Assembly: GCA_963718615.1 (NCBI GenBank)
Contig: OY970368.1
Coordinates: 2,880,001 to 2,944,000, forward strand
DNA: 64,000 nucleotides
Direction: 5' to 3'
DNA from: an uncultured cyanobacterium
GTDB taxonomy: Bacteria; Cyanobacteriota; Cyanobacteriia; PCC-9006; JAAUQQ01
The first letter of the stretch is position 1; each line of letters opens with the position of its first letter. Positions 30,785-42,001 of the stretch are shown in pieces. The notes under the pieces are model-generated. The model saw only the letters and a list, made by a program, of their open reading frames with translations. It did no database searches and had not been told where the DNA came from. Position numbers and translations under genes: made by a program.

Positions 30785-30907
30785 GGCAATGGGGAAGGGG
30801 AGAAGGGGTATGGGAGCGTTGAGCGTTTGGCGATGGAGATTTTCGGCAGGTCGTGATCTGAAAGATCTGTAGGATATGAAAGGTCTGAAGATCTCAGGTA
30901 TCGATTG

Positions 30908-32158
30908 TTAGGTATCGATGGTGACGCTGACCTGGAGGTTGGTTAGTCCTGCAACGGGCTTGCCATCCTCTAAACGGATTTTGACCTCAACCACCCGAGC
31001 ATCGGTATCGGCAACCGGATCAGAATTCAGCACATCTTTTTTATTAATTTGAAGACCCACTTCCACCACCCGTCCGGAGAGGGGACTGGCCAGGACCGGG
31101 CTGGTAATAATCGCGGCTTGGCCGGGGCGAACCTTGCCAATATCCGTTTCATAAACCTCGGCTTTGACATTCATGAGCTGGGTTTGGCCAAGGTCCAAAA
31201 TGCCCTTGCTGCCCACAGCTTCCCCATCTTCAGCATGCACTTCCAGCACCTGTCCATCGATGGGAGCCGTGACGGCGGCGGTGTTGAGCTCTACCTTGGC
31301 CTGTTGGAGTGTGGCGAGGGCTACTTGAACCTGGGCTTCAGCCTCCTTAATATCCTCCGGTCGGACTTGGGCCACACTGTTCACTTTTTGCCGAGATTGC
31401 AGCAATTGCTGTTCGCTTTCCCGCAGCCGCTGCTGAGCCTGGGCTTCCTGGGAACGGGCGCTTTGGAGTTGTCGGCGGGCCTGCTCCAGTTCACGCAATT
31501 TGGTCGCGAGGGCCAGCTCGTAGGAGTCGAGTTCGGCGGCGGCGATCGCCCCTTCCTGGGCCAGTTTACGATAGCGCTCAAAGTCCCGTCTGGCCTTAAT
31601 CACCTCCACCTCTAAGCGGGAGACCTGGGCCTCGACCGACGCCGCCTGAGCAGATTGGGAGGCCACCGCCGCCCGCTGCCCCTCAACGGCTGCGGCCTTC
31701 GCTTGGGCATCCGCCACCTGAGCCCCAATATCCCCCGGCTTCGACCCGGCCTTAACCTGGGCAAGCTGGGCCTGGACTTGGCGAACATTCGCCTCCGCCT
31801 TGATGGCATCTGCCCGGAGGCTGTCGTAGGAATCCATCACCGCCAGGGGTTGTCCCTGTTTAACGACCATCCCTTTTTTCACCAAGATCTTGAGGACACG
31901 GGAGTTACTGCCGTTGCGGCCCGAGGGCGGTGCAACATTGTAAACGCCCCCTTCCGGCTCAATCCGCCCTAGCGCCGTCACCCTGCGATCCACGACGGGT
32001 TTAGCCACCTCTGTCGAATTGTCCGACTGACTAGTTGCTTCTGTCGGCGCAGCCCGAAGCATAAGGTAGGTCCCAAAGCCAACGATGCCCAAAGAAAGCA
32101 CCGTCAGACCGGCGATAATGAGGCCGGGAGATTTGGTGAAGCGGATTGGAGAACCCAT
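30908..32158 (-). CDS. devB: DevB/HlyD membrane fusion protein
   Basis: VTALGRIEPEG, long coiled coil, AEVYETDI, DARVVEVKIRL. Confidence 0.88.
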   Translation of the reverse strand: MGSPIRFTKSPGLIIAGLTVLSLGIVGFGTYLMLRAAPTEATSQSDNSTEVAKPVVDRRVTALGRIEPEGGVYNVAPPSGRNGSNSRVLKILVKKGMVVKQGQPLAVMDSYDSLRADAIKAEANVRQVQAQLAQVKAGSKPGDIGAQVADAQAKAAAVEGQRAAVASQSAQAASVEAQVSRLEVEVIKARRDFERYRKLAQEGAIAAAELDSYELALATKLRELEQARRQLQSARSQEAQAQQRLRESEQQLLQSRQKVNSVAQVRPEDIKEAEAQVQVALATLQQAKVELNTAAVTAPIDGQVLEVHAEDGEAVGSKGILDLGQTQLMNVKAEVYETDIGKVRPGQAAIITSPVLASPLSGRVVEVGLQINKKDVLNSDPVADTDARVVEVKIRLEDGKPVAGLTNLQVSVTIDT

Positions 32159-32453
32159 AGGGGACGCGGTAGAAATAGAATTTGAGGAATAAAACAGAAA
32201 CCTATAACAGCTCCCAGAGCCTGGGGAAAGAGGTTTTGGGTTGGCCTGGGAGCTTTTGGGCGGTTCTTGGGAGCTTTTTACAGATTGAGGCTATTGGATA
32301 TTGAGGTTTACGTATTAAGAGATTGTAATCATTATTTTTACATCCTTCTATAAAGTCTTGGCGATCGCCCCCCCAAACTCCGACGGCTCATATATTTCTC
32401 TTTAATAAGCTAAACTCAGGTTCATTTCGCTCCCTGTCGTCGCACCGTCACCC

Positions 32454-33137
32454 ATGAGTAACGTGCAAATCCCCCGTTTCCCTGAGGCCCAGCATCCGCT
32501 CATTCAGCCCCTAACGCAGATGAGCGATCGCGATCTGCTGACTCTCTTTCAGCGGCATCCCGATCAGGGGCGCTACTTTACAGCCATTCTGTGCCGTTAT
32601 ACCCCGATTGTCTATACGCTGATTTGGCACTCAACCCGCTCGGCGGTGCAGGCGGAATATCTCTTTGCCCTGACTTGGCGACATATCTTCTATGAAATGG
32701 GGGGATTGGATCTGCGCACTGATGATTCAAGCGGCGGTGCACCTGCAACCCTGCAGGGATGGCTGATCAATCTCGCGGCGCAATGTATTAACCATATCTC
32801 GCTACCACCGGTTGAAGAAATTCAGTACTCGATGCAAGCCGCACCGCCGCCGCTCTGGTGCTATGTGGAACAAGCGCTCGATCGCCTGCCCCCTCGGCAG
32901 CGGTTAATTACGATTATGGCCCAAACCTATCACTGGAGCGAGACCCGTATTGCGGCCTATCTCCAAGCAGAAGGCGAAAATCTCTCACCCAAGGAAATTC
33001 AGGGAGCCCTGAAAGATGCCTATCAACAGCTCGAAACTGCTCTTCCGTCGGACTTGCGGACCGTTTACTTTGATGAGCCCCTGCCCGAGCACGAAGAATT
33101 GGGAACAGTGGGAGACATTGCAGAGCGCTTGGGGTAG
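32454..33137 (+). CDS. Sigma-70-like (region 2/4) protein
   Basis: SDRDLL, LQGWL, ALDRLPPRQRLI..WSETRIA HTH. Confidence 0.65.
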   Translation: MSNVQIPRFPEAQHPLIQPLTQMSDRDLLTLFQRHPDQGRYFTAILCRYTPIVYTLIWHSTRSAVQAEYLFALTWRHIFYEMGGLDLRTDDSSGGAPATLQGWLINLAAQCINHISLPPVEEIQYSMQAAPPPLWCYVEQALDRLPPRQRLITIMAQTYHWSETRIAAYLQAEGENLSPKEIQGALKDAYQQLETALPSDLRTVYFDEPLPEHEELGTVGDIAERLG

Positions 33138-33202
33138 GTTGTACAAATGACACAATCCTCCTGCTTTGAAGATTAGCCCAATCGATTTAAGCCCCGAACA
33201 CC

Positions 33203-34282
33203 ATGGAGAATTCTATGTCGCCCAAAACGCTGCTGACCGGCCTCCTGGCCCCCGGCCTCCTTGGCCTACTCACCCCAGGGGCGGCGTTGGCTCAGTTTTT
33301 GCCGTCTGATCCCCTACAGGCCCCGCTGCGCCCCAATCTGGATCAACAGCTTCAGGTCCAAGTCAACAATGGTACTCGGGGCCAAGAGCGCGATCGCGCC
33401 GATATCTTTATGACAGAGGCCGCAGGACAGGCCCGACAAGGTTTTCAGCGCAAGGCGATCGCCCTCTGGGAGCAAGCCTACGATCGGTACCGCAAGGCCG
33501 GAGATAGTCAGGGTATGGGCATGGCCCTAGAATATGTGGGTTTGGCCTATGCGGATTTGGGGCTGATGGTCCCGGCGGAAGATGCGCTGCGGCGTCGGTT
33601 GGCGATCGCCCGCGATCAAGGGGATTTTCGCAGTCAGGTGTATGCCCTGAACAATGTCGGTACGGTGCTGCTCCAGCGCGGGTTTGCGCCCCAAGCGGAG
33701 AAATCCTTCCAAGAAGCGCGTCAAATTGCCGGAGACATCAAGCATATTGAGGGTCAAGGGTTGTCCCTGAGCAATCTGGGCCTAGCCTCCGCTCGCCAAG
33801 GACAGCATGGCCGAGCCGTCAAGCTCTATGAAAGCGCTCTGGCCTACCGTCGCCAAACCCGTGATTCCGTTGGCGAGGCCAACACGCTGAATAATTTGGG
33901 GGATTCCTATCAGGTGCTCAATCTCTACCCTGATGCGATCGGGGCCTACGGCGCAGCACTGAATCTCGCACGACTCGCTTCGGACGACAATAACCAATTT
34001 CGCGCCATTGATGGCTTAGTGATTGCCCACCGCGATGCGGGGCGGGATGCCCGAGCCCTAGATCTGCTCGACAAGCGTCTACAAATCGCCCGAAGCCAAG
34101 ACAATTTGCAGCAGCAATTTGTGACGGTTCGATCCCTTGCCGAGTTCTATCAAGGGCAAGGAAACCCCAATGCAGCCAAAAACTTCTATCAGCGGGCGCT
34201 AGTGCTGGCCCAGGCCCTGGGCGATCGCCAGCAGGAAGTGCTGTTGATTGACCAGTTGACCCAAATTGAATTTCCCCAGTAG
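33203..34282 (+). CDS. Exported tetratricopeptide-repeat protein
   Basis: Signal peptide ending ALA-Q; repeats such as GEANTLNNLG. Confidence 0.85.
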   Translation: MENSMSPKTLLTGLLAPGLLGLLTPGAALAQFLPSDPLQAPLRPNLDQQLQVQVNNGTRGQERDRADIFMTEAAGQARQGFQRKAIALWEQAYDRYRKAGDSQGMGMALEYVGLAYADLGLMVPAEDALRRRLAIARDQGDFRSQVYALNNVGTVLLQRGFAPQAEKSFQEARQIAGDIKHIEGQGLSLSNLGLASARQGQHGRAVKLYESALAYRRQTRDSVGEANTLNNLGDSYQVLNLYPDAIGAYGAALNLARLASDDNNQFRAIDGLVIAHRDAGRDARALDLLDKRLQIARSQDNLQQQFVTVRSLAEFYQGQGNPNAAKNFYQRALVLAQALGDRQQEVLLIDQLTQIEFPQ

Positions 34283-34528
34283 CTTTCCCCAGTCGCTTTT
34301 CCCAGTCGCTTTTCCCGTAAATTTTGTAGCATTAGACGCTTGGGAATCTCCTTGCACAAGCTAGAGTAAAAGGGTCAGGATCTACCGGTTGCGACGCATT
34401 GGTTTCGATTCTCCTCGGTTTCTGTGCCTCTTCAAACTCTGTCCATTCGGCAACCGCATCTATACCGAAGTTAAGCAAGATCAGTTAGATCGATTGAAAG
34501 TCCCTTGCTGTGGCGTAACGTCAACTTG

Positions 34529-36925
34529 ATGGGTTATCAAACCGCCGTACAATCCTCCCTTTCACTGCGGGAGGTGTTTGACCAATTTAATCAGGCTCAA
34601 GTCCAGCTCCAGACCTTTTTTGATGCCCCGCTGGACCTATTGTGCTGTCTCAATCGGGAAGGCAAATTCCAGGCAGCAAGCTTTAGCTGGTTACAAACCC
34701 TCGGATGGCGCGAGGACGAACTCCAGGGGCATTATTGGGGGGAATGGGTGCACCCCCAGGATATGCAGCATGCGTTACTGCAGCTCAATAGCCTGCTCAA
34801 CCAGCGCAGTAACCGCAAACAGCAATATCGCTTTGACTGTCGATTTCGCCACCGCGATGGCAGCTATCGTTGGCTCATGTGGCGTTTGGTGCTGGCCAGC
34901 CCGAGCCGCTCCATTGTCTATGCTTGGGTCCAAGACATTACCGAACAAAAAATGTCAGAGCCCCAGGGCTTTGAATATCGGGATGAATTTTTGCAGTTGG
35001 CCGAAACCCTTCGGGATGTGTTTTGGATCTATGACCCCCTTGCCCATCAGCAGCTCTATGTCAGCCCTTCCTATGAGCGGGTTTGGGGACGGTCCTGTGA
35101 CAGCTTATATCAAGACCCTAGCTCCCTCCATGCCGCCATCCACCCGGAGGACCAAGATTATGTCCGCACCGTTTTAGATGACACCCAGCACACGGTTTTG
35201 ACCGGAGCCAACCAGGCGGCTTGTAGCGATTTGGAATATCGGATTGTTCAGCCCAATGGAGAGGTTCGCTGGATTCACGATCGCAGTTTTCCGCTCCTGG
35301 ATAGTACGGGACAAATTTATCGATTCATTGGCGTTGCGGAAGATATTACGGAACAGCGGCAGGCGGAAGAGGAGTGCGATCGCCTCTTTGCCCAGATCAC
35401 CCAGCAAAACCAAACCCTTGAGCAGCGCATTGCCCAGCGCACCGACGAGCTGCGAGCCATTATCGATGCCATCCCTGACCAAATTTGCGTGGTCACGCGG
35501 CCTGACATGCGGATTGACTACTGCAATGCTGCCTTCGTTGAAGCGCTCAATGCCCCCAATCGTCAAGCCCTCGAAGGGAAAACGATTTACGAATGTTTCC
35601 CCGCAGCTCAGGCCGAGTATTCTGCTCAGCAAAACGAGCAGGTTTTCGCCACAGGGCTGCCGCTCCAAATTGAAGAGAGTTTAGTCCTCGGGAACTGGGC
35701 ATCGCTACTGCATTTGGATACGACGAAAGTGCCGCTGCGAACACCGGAAGGGGAGGTTTATGCCCTGGTCAGCGCGGCTCGCGATATCAGTGCCTTCAAA
35801 ATTGCTGAGGCGGAGTTACAAAAGAGCCAGGAATTGTTCCGCGCTATCTTTGAGCAGGCAGCGGTGGGGATTAGTTTAGTCAGCCCAGAAGGAAAGTTTA
35901 TTGCCGTCAACCAAAAATTCTGTTCCCTCTTGGGATATTCCCAGGCAGAGCTGATGACGATGACGTTTCAGCAAATTACGGACCCTCACCATCTCGAAGC
36001 GGATCTCAATCAATATCATCGCTTGCTCAATGGCGAAATCCAGTCCTTTTCCCTAGAAAAGTGCTTTATTCGCAAAGATCAAGGGCTCCAGTGGGCTGCG
36101 CTGACGGTCTCTGGGGTCTATGACGATGGCGGGGAGATGAAGTATGACATTGGGGTATTGCAGGATATTAGCGATCGCAAACAAGGTGAAGTCGAAGTCC
36201 TCAAGGCCCTGGCCAAAGAACGGGAACTCAATGAGCTGAAGTCGCGGGTAATTTCGATGATTTCCCATGAGTATCGAACGCCGTTGACGGTGATTTATTC
36301 ATCGGCAGAGTTGTTGGAGCATTATGGCGATCGCTGGACCGATGAGCGGCGGCGAACCCATTTTGAGCGCATTCAAAACTCGGTAAACCATCTGACGGAG
36401 TTGGTGAATGATGTTTTATTTCTCAATCGAGCCGAGGCCGATCGCCTCGACTTTAACCCAGCGCCGCTAGACGTGGTGGGATTTTTCCAAAAGCTGTTAC
36501 CGGAAATTCAGGATGCCTTTTTCGCCCAGGAAAACTGTGTCCATTCGCTGCGGGTTATGTACCCGGAGGGGCGTCCGATTCTGTCATTAGATGAGCGATT
36601 GCTGCGGCAAATTGTCACGAATCTCTTTTCCAATGCAGTTAAATATTCGCCCCAGGGTTGTCAGATTGAAATCAATATTCGCTATGTGAACGATGAGCTC
36701 CAGTTGGTCATCGAAGACCGGGGCATTGGCATTCCAGAGGAAGAACAGGGTAAGCTCTTTGATTCTTTTCGTCGAGCAGGAAATGTGGGAACCATTCCGG
36801 GAACGGGCCTAGGACTGTCCATCGTGAAAAAATGTGTGGATATTCACCAGGGACGAATTAAGGTGCGGAGCCAGGTAAACCAGGGAACACGGTTTAGTAT
36901 TGCGTTGCCGTCATTTCGGGGGTAG
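34529..36925 (+). CDS. Multi-PAS sensor histidine kinase
   Basis: Four PAS/PAC domains, H-box SHEYRTPL, NAVKYS, DRGIGI, GTGLGL. Confidence 0.92.
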   Translation: MGYQTAVQSSLSLREVFDQFNQAQVQLQTFFDAPLDLLCCLNREGKFQAASFSWLQTLGWREDELQGHYWGEWVHPQDMQHALLQLNSLLNQRSNRKQQYRFDCRFRHRDGSYRWLMWRLVLASPSRSIVYAWVQDITEQKMSEPQGFEYRDEFLQLAETLRDVFWIYDPLAHQQLYVSPSYERVWGRSCDSLYQDPSSLHAAIHPEDQDYVRTVLDDTQHTVLTGANQAACSDLEYRIVQPNGEVRWIHDRSFPLLDSTGQIYRFIGVAEDITEQRQAEEECDRLFAQITQQNQTLEQRIAQRTDELRAIIDAIPDQICVVTRPDMRIDYCNAAFVEALNAPNRQALEGKTIYECFPAAQAEYSAQQNEQVFATGLPLQIEESLVLGNWASLLHLDTTKVPLRTPEGEVYALVSAARDISAFKIAEAELQKSQELFRAIFEQAAVGISLVSPEGKFIAVNQKFCSLLGYSQAELMTMTFQQITDPHHLEADLNQYHRLLNGEIQSFSLEKCFIRKDQGLQWAALTVSGVYDDGGEMKYDIGVLQDISDRKQGEVEVLKALAKERELNELKSRVISMISHEYRTPLTVIYSSAELLEHYGDRWTDERRRTHFERIQNSVNHLTELVNDVLFLNRAEADRLDFNPAPLDVVGFFQKLLPEIQDAFFAQENCVHSLRVMYPEGRPILSLDERLLRQIVTNLFSNAVKYSPQGCQIEINIRYVNDELQLVIEDRGIGIPEEEQGKLFDSFRRAGNVGTIPGTGLGLSIVKKCVDIHQGRIKVRSQVNQGTRFSIALPSFRG

Positions 36926-36965
36926 ATTAGCCACAAAAGTTTGCCATTCTCTCCTATCAGTAGCC

Positions 36966-37190
36966 ATGTCTGACCGCCTCTCCCTGGCCGAGCGCATCAC
37001 AGAAATCAAAAAGATTCTGACCCTGACGCCCCGCGATCGCCTCCACAGTGCAGCCCTACTCGTACAGCTCGGCCAACATATGCTCAGCGAGGCGGAGCTA
37101 GCAACACTGCCCGAAGCCGAGCGGACCGAGTTGTATCACAACCTCGAAGCAGGTATCACCCGCTTGAAACACACTTTAAACTCAGATTAA
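36966..37190 (+). CDS. Small hypothetical protein
   Basis: ATG 36966, 74 aa helical ORF following the kinase. Confidence 0.5.
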   Translation: MSDRLSLAERITEIKKILTLTPRDRLHSAALLVQLGQHMLSEAELATLPEAERTELYHNLEAGITRLKHTLNSD

Positions 37191-37468
37191 TCTTTTGGGC
37201 AAATGCTTTGGGAAAATGTTTCTAGCCAAAGTATTGGCTAAAGGATTGTTGACTAAAATATTAGCTAATGTTTTTGGAATTCCTGATGACCCATAGTAGA
37301 ATTAACGCCTCCGTAGCAATACGGTTTTTAGTCGCTACAGAACTCCTATAGATCAGAGAAAATCCGGTAGATAAAACAAACTAGGGAAAGACTGAAAAGA
37401 GCGATCTAAATCAACGCTAATCTTACAGCGCTGAGAGATTATTTTAAGCCTTATCAGAGCCTTGACCC

Positions 37469-39016
37469 ATGCAGCTCAAATCTCATCCCCTAACCGCTGC
37501 GTTTATTCTTCTCAATCTTTGTATTACAGTACCTCTCGCTGCCAAACTGAATATTTGGATTGATGAAGCCTATTCTTTGAATACAACCGGGGGTGGTTTC
37601 TTTGAGACGATCCGAGCGGCGATCGCCTTCGAAAACCAACCCCCTCTCTATTTTTTACTATTGCATCTCTGGCGAAATCTCAACGGCTCTATTTTCTTCG
37701 CTCGACTGTTTTCTTGTCTCTGCCTTAGCCTCACTCTTTTCTTCGCAGCAAAAGTTTCTCAACGATATCTCAACCGGATTAGTCCCGCTTGGTTCGTGGG
37801 GGCGATCGCCCTGCATCCCTACGCCATTTGGACCGCCCTCGAAATTCGCACCTATGGCTTTGCGGTCTTACTTTCAATGCTGCTGCTCCTGCTTTTTTTC
37901 GATGGCTATCTTGCCGAGCAGCCTCAGAAAAATGCTAGGGTGGTTTATGGGTTTTTGGCGATCGCCGCCCTCTATACCCATTATTTTTTAGCCTGTATTC
38001 TCTTTGCCCATTGGGTCACCCTCTGGCTGCTCCGTCGTTGGCGAGATGCCATTTTTCATAGTCTCGTTTTGGTCGGTGTTGGCTTTACGTTTTCGCCTCT
38101 CCTGTTGGTCTTGGGACATCATCTGGCGGGTCAGGGTGCAGCCATGACGAACCATGCGGATACAGTCCTAGAAAGTGTGCGAACCATGCTAGGTCGCCTC
38201 ACCCTTTACATTTTACCCAGCGATTTTCAGGGCCTTTCAGGTCAGTTTTTTAGCATTTATCGCTATTGCTTTATGCTGGTTTTAGGGGGCTTAATAGTCC
38301 TCTATCGACAGGTCATAGAGCCACGAGCCTTGGCCACATTCATAACGTTTTTAGTCGCCACAGGAACCCTTACTCTTTTACTAGATTTAACCGAGAATGC
38401 CAAATTAACCAGCCGCTACAGTTATCCCCTCTTTATTTTGACGTTGCTGGGGGGATTAACCGTTTTTTCGCTCGTTCCCGAGCACTCAAGGCGCAAAGGG
38501 CTGGAATTGTGGAGTGTGATCATCGTTGTTCTCTATGCAACCTCCCTAATAGTAACCTATGCCCCCCTCGCAAAAGATGGCGACTGGCAACGGGTTGCAG
38601 CCTATATTACGGCCCAAGAAACGCCCAAACAGCCGGTGTTAGTCTTTTCGGCAGAGGGTTTATTGCCGCTAAATTACTATTATCAAGGTGTGAATTCGTT
38701 ACGAGGTGTACCCCGTCAGGTACCTGGAGGTCAATATGATTTACGACGGTTTGCCCTGCAAAACGACTCAGAAATTCAGGAGGCGATCGCCGGTTCCAGC
38801 CAACCCGAAAAGCCCCTGCCCCAACAACTCTGGCTTGTCAAAGCCCCCAGTTATGTCTTAGATGGCACGGGGAAAAAAGCCTGTCAAATTTGGGAGATTG
38901 ATCTAGGCTGCACTCGCTTAGAAGCATTTTTGAACCGTCGCTATGATGTCGTCAATCGTCGAGATTTCTATGGCGCAAATGTTCGTCTCTTCCAAAAAAA
39001 GAGGGACAGCGCTTGA
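37469..39016 (+). CDS. GT-C fold glycosyltransferase (family 39/ArnT-like)
   Basis: WIDEAYS, QPPLYFLLL, EIRTY, LYTHYF; many TM helices. Confidence 0.85.
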   Translation: MQLKSHPLTAAFILLNLCITVPLAAKLNIWIDEAYSLNTTGGGFFETIRAAIAFENQPPLYFLLLHLWRNLNGSIFFARLFSCLCLSLTLFFAAKVSQRYLNRISPAWFVGAIALHPYAIWTALEIRTYGFAVLLSMLLLLLFFDGYLAEQPQKNARVVYGFLAIAALYTHYFLACILFAHWVTLWLLRRWRDAIFHSLVLVGVGFTFSPLLLVLGHHLAGQGAAMTNHADTVLESVRTMLGRLTLYILPSDFQGLSGQFFSIYRYCFMLVLGGLIVLYRQVIEPRALATFITFLVATGTLTLLLDLTENAKLTSRYSYPLFILTLLGGLTVFSLVPEHSRRKGLELWSVIIVVLYATSLIVTYAPLAKDGDWQRVAAYITAQETPKQPVLVFSAEGLLPLNYYYQGVNSLRGVPRQVPGGQYDLRRFALQNDSEIQEAIAGSSQPEKPLPQQLWLVKAPSYVLDGTGKKACQIWEIDLGCTRLEAFLNRRYDVVNRRDFYGANVRLFQKKRDSA

Positions 39017-39054
39017 GCCTGTCCCTACCAGATACTGTATGCCAACTGTTGCGG

Positions 39055-39879
39055 CTAAACCGCTGCCTGCTGGAGTGCCTGTTGTACCAGCAAAATCACC
39101 TGGGCACGGCTCAATTTTTCCTTGCCTTTCATCATGGCATCTAGGGTCCCGTGGGCTAAAACCAGGGGCAATTTGCAAAATTCCTTCACAGGCCCCGGAT
39201 GCAGCGCATCCGTATAGGCGTCCGCTAACAGCAAATTGCGACGGGCATATTCATGCATTTGGCTATCTGTCCAACCCATGGGATAAAAATCAGCCCCTCG
39301 TTGAAGATCTTCCTGATGATTGCGCAAAATATTCACCGCCTGGAGACCCCGACCGAACCCGATCGCCTCAGCGCGATTGGTCTGGGTACCGTCGTACCAG
39401 GCCCAAAGGTCCGAGAGCAGTAACCCCACAGCACCCGCCACGCTAAACGTATATCGATCCAGATCGGTTTCACTGCTAACGACCCAATCCTGCTCTGCCC
39501 AATGGGCCATGCGGTCTGCCATGGCAGCCGTGGCATCCCAAACGCGGGGCGCAATTTCCCCTGGCGCGAGCTGTGCCCAGTCCTGCAATCGCAAGCTGAC
39601 CTCGGGGAGCAAATGCATCGCCGATTCCATACCCCTGGCCCAATCCTCAGGTCCACAGGCCGCTGGAAACCCTTGCAAAGCCAAGCTCATGTTGCGCAGG
39701 ATTTTGGCCTTGGTGACATTGTCCAAGTCCGGGTGGTCTTCGACTTCGTCGATCGCCCGCATGCAAAGATACCCCGAAGCCACCGCTTCTTGCAGGCCCT
39801 CTGGCAAACGACTAATGGGAATAAAAAAGGTCCGACTGGTCGCCTGCAAGACCGCAAGGGCATCCTTCCGAAGGTTCAT
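39055..39879 (-). CDS. Squalene/phytoene synthase family (squalene synthase-like)
   Basis: TSRTF, YLCMRAIDEVED, YTFSVAGAVG, GLQAVNILRN. Confidence 0.85.
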   Translation of the reverse strand: MNLRKDALAVLQATSRTFFIPISRLPEGLQEAVASGYLCMRAIDEVEDHPDLDNVTKAKILRNMSLALQGFPAACGPEDWARGMESAMHLLPEVSLRLQDWAQLAPGEIAPRVWDATAAMADRMAHWAEQDWVVSSETDLDRYTFSVAGAVGLLLSDLWAWYDGTQTNRAEAIGFGRGLQAVNILRNHQEDLQRGADFYPMGWTDSQMHEYARRNLLLADAYTDALHPGPVKEFCKLPLVLAHGTLDAMMKGKEKLSRAQVILLVQQALQQAAV

Positions 39880-40018
39880 AAATTCAGTCTCCTCACACAC
39901 GGTTAACTATACCGAGCAGCACTCATTGTAGACAGTTGTCCCACAAAGCCGCACCTTATAATGTTGTTCTGCGATACAGCACTATCACCAAGCCCTGAGC
40001 GAAAGAAGCAATTAAATT

Positions 40019-40300
40019 ATGCCCAAAGCAATTTGGAAAGAAACAGTGATTGCCCAAAGCGATCGCTACGAAACCGTTGAAGGGAATATTTACTTCCCGC
40101 CCGAAGCCCTCAACGCCGAGTATTTTCAACCCAGCGACCACCACACCACCTGCTCCTGGAAGGGCCTCGCCAGCTACTACAACGTAGTCGTCGAGGGCGA
40201 GGTCAATGCCAACGCTGCTTGGTATTATCCCGAGCCCAAAGCGGCGGCCAGCAATATCAAGGGCTACATTGCCTTTTGGAAAGGGGTCAAAGTGGAATAG
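40019..40300 (+). CDS. DUF427 protein
   Basis: [27 protein letters not shown]. Confidence 0.9.
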   Translation: MPKAIWKETVIAQSDRYETVEGNIYFPPEALNAEYFQPSDHHTTCSWKGLASYYNVVVEGEVNANAAWYYPEPKAAASNIKGYIAFWKGVKVE

Positions 40301-40973
40301 GAGAAGCCGTTGAAGCGAAGGGAGGGCTGGGCTGGGGGATCCAGCTCAGGCCAAACTGGTCGGCGAAGGTTACGGCAACGCGATCGCGCACGGCCTCAAA
40401 CTCAATGTCGGGGATAAACTGCGCGAGGCTCCCCACCGGGCGATCGCCAATGCCACAGGGCACAATCCGCTCAAACCCGCTTAAATCCGGACAAACATTG
40501 AGCGCAAAGCCATGCATGGTGATCCAGCGGCTGGCCTTGATGCCGATCGCCGCCACCTTGCGCCCTTCCACCCAAACCCCGGTTAATCCCTCAATCCGTT
40601 CTCCCACCAACCCGTACTGGTCCAAAACCGAGATCAGGACGGTTTCAAGCTGCCGCAAATACCAGTGCAGGTCTTGACGATGACGGCTGAGATTCAAAAT
40701 GGGATAGCCGACCAGTTGGCCGGGACAGTGGTACGTAACTTCACCACCACGTTCCACACGATGGAGTTCATAGTCGGGATGATGGGGGTCAAATTTGAGA
40801 AATTCCAGGGTTGCGCCCTGACCCAAGGTGTAAACCGGCGGATGTTGTAAAAGCAGAAGAACGTCGGGCAAGTTGGAATTGAGTTTTCTGGCAGAAAGTA
40901 GCGATCGCTGCCATTCCCAGGCGGTTTTGTAGGGAATGATACGGAGTGAATAGAGGTGGGCAGAGTATCTCAA
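40287..40973 (-). CDS. lipB: Lipoyl(octanoyl) transferase
   Basis: [42 protein letters not shown]. Confidence 0.95.
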   Translation of the reverse strand: MRYSAHLYSLRIIPYKTAWEWQRSLLSARKLNSNLPDVLLLLQHPPVYTLGQGATLEFLKFDPHHPDYELHRVERGGEVTYHCPGQLVGYPILNLSRHRQDLHWYLRQLETVLISVLDQYGLVGERIEGLTGVWVEGRKVAAIGIKASRWITMHGFALNVCPDLSGFERIVPCGIGDRPVGSLAQFIPDIEFEAVRDRVAVTFADQFGLSWIPQPSPPFASTASPIPL

Positions 40974-41223
40974 TACACCAATTGTTTACGTTTGTCATTT
41001 TCGATTGTAGAAAGTCGGGTCAAGAAATATCAAGCCATGCAAAGGATCTTAAAGCTCCTTCAGGTCTGACTGCGAGTTTGCTAGGGTGGGATCAAAGACA
41101 AACAACTAGTCCATCCGGACCTTATGACAAAGCTTCAGAAGTATAGCGTCTCCAAACAAACGCTCTCTTAGCGCTTCTGGAAAGTTGTGGGTCCGGTTCT
41201 GCCTATTGGGGGAGGAAGCTCCT

Positions 41224-41964
41224 ATGAAGCTTGTTATCCAGGGTAAAAACATTGAGATCACGGATTCGATTCGCAATTATGTCCATCAAAAAATTGAGAA
41301 GGCGGTGAGCCATTACCAACACCTCACGATGGAAGTGGATGTACATCTGTCCGTTGCTCGCAACCCTCGGATAGCTTTGCAGCAGCAAGTTGCAGAAGTT
41401 ACCATCTATGCCAATGGTGCGGTGATCCGTGCAGAAGAACAAAGCGAGGATCTGTATGCCAGCATCGATATGGTGGCGGACAAGATCAGCCGTCGCCTCC
41501 GCAAGTACAAAGAAAAACGACAAAGCAAGCGAGACCACACCTCTGTAAAAGCCGTTCCGCCGGAGGTTTTGGAAGAGAGCGCTGGACTCACACCCGATGC
41601 TCTGCAAGAGCTGATTACCAAGGGTGAACCCGTTCTGCCGACGGATGTCGTGCGGATGAAGTACTTCCCCATGCCGCCGATGAATGTGGAGGAAGCGCTG
41701 GAGCAGTTGCAGTTGGTTGGCCATGATTTCTTTATGTTCCACAACCGGGATACGGAGGAAATCAACGTTATCTACAAACGCAATCATGGTGGATTTGGCG
41801 TCATTCAGCCACGTCTGGCCAATCAGACGAATGGTCACCGCAATGGAAATGCCCATCATGCCAACGGCAATGGTAACGGTCACGCGAATGGTCATTCAAG
41901 CTACCAAAACGGCAATTTGACACAGCTCAATGTCCCGGCGGCTCAGGTCCCGGATCGGGGTTAA
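41224..41964 (+). CDS. hpf: Ribosome hibernation promoting factor (long HPF/LrtA)
   Basis: [36 protein letters not shown]; GGAGG RBS. Confidence 0.93.
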   Translation: MKLVIQGKNIEITDSIRNYVHQKIEKAVSHYQHLTMEVDVHLSVARNPRIALQQQVAEVTIYANGAVIRAEEQSEDLYASIDMVADKISRRLRKYKEKRQSKRDHTSVKAVPPEVLEESAGLTPDALQELITKGEPVLPTDVVRMKYFPMPPMNVEEALEQLQLVGHDFFMFHNRDTEEINVIYKRNHGGFGVIQPRLANQTNGHRNGNAHHANGNGNGHANGHSSYQNGNLTQLNVPAAQVPDRG

Positions 41965-42001
41965 TCGCAAGTTGAGCCGAACAGCCTAGACCGATAGGGG
42001 C

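Noticed and set aside
34370-34430. GGTTTCGATTCTCC resembling a tRNA T-arm
   Set aside because: No cloverleaf, acceptor stem or anticodon arm could be built
37311-37324. CCGTA-N4-TACGG palindrome upstream of the GT39 gene, with a weak variant near 25922
   Set aside because: Too short and too few copies to assign to a regulator from this window alone
41203-41895. 230-aa ORF antisense to hpf, and similar long antisense ORFs at 39320, 60713 and 31049
   Set aside because: Shadow frames of well-supported genes with no protein motifs
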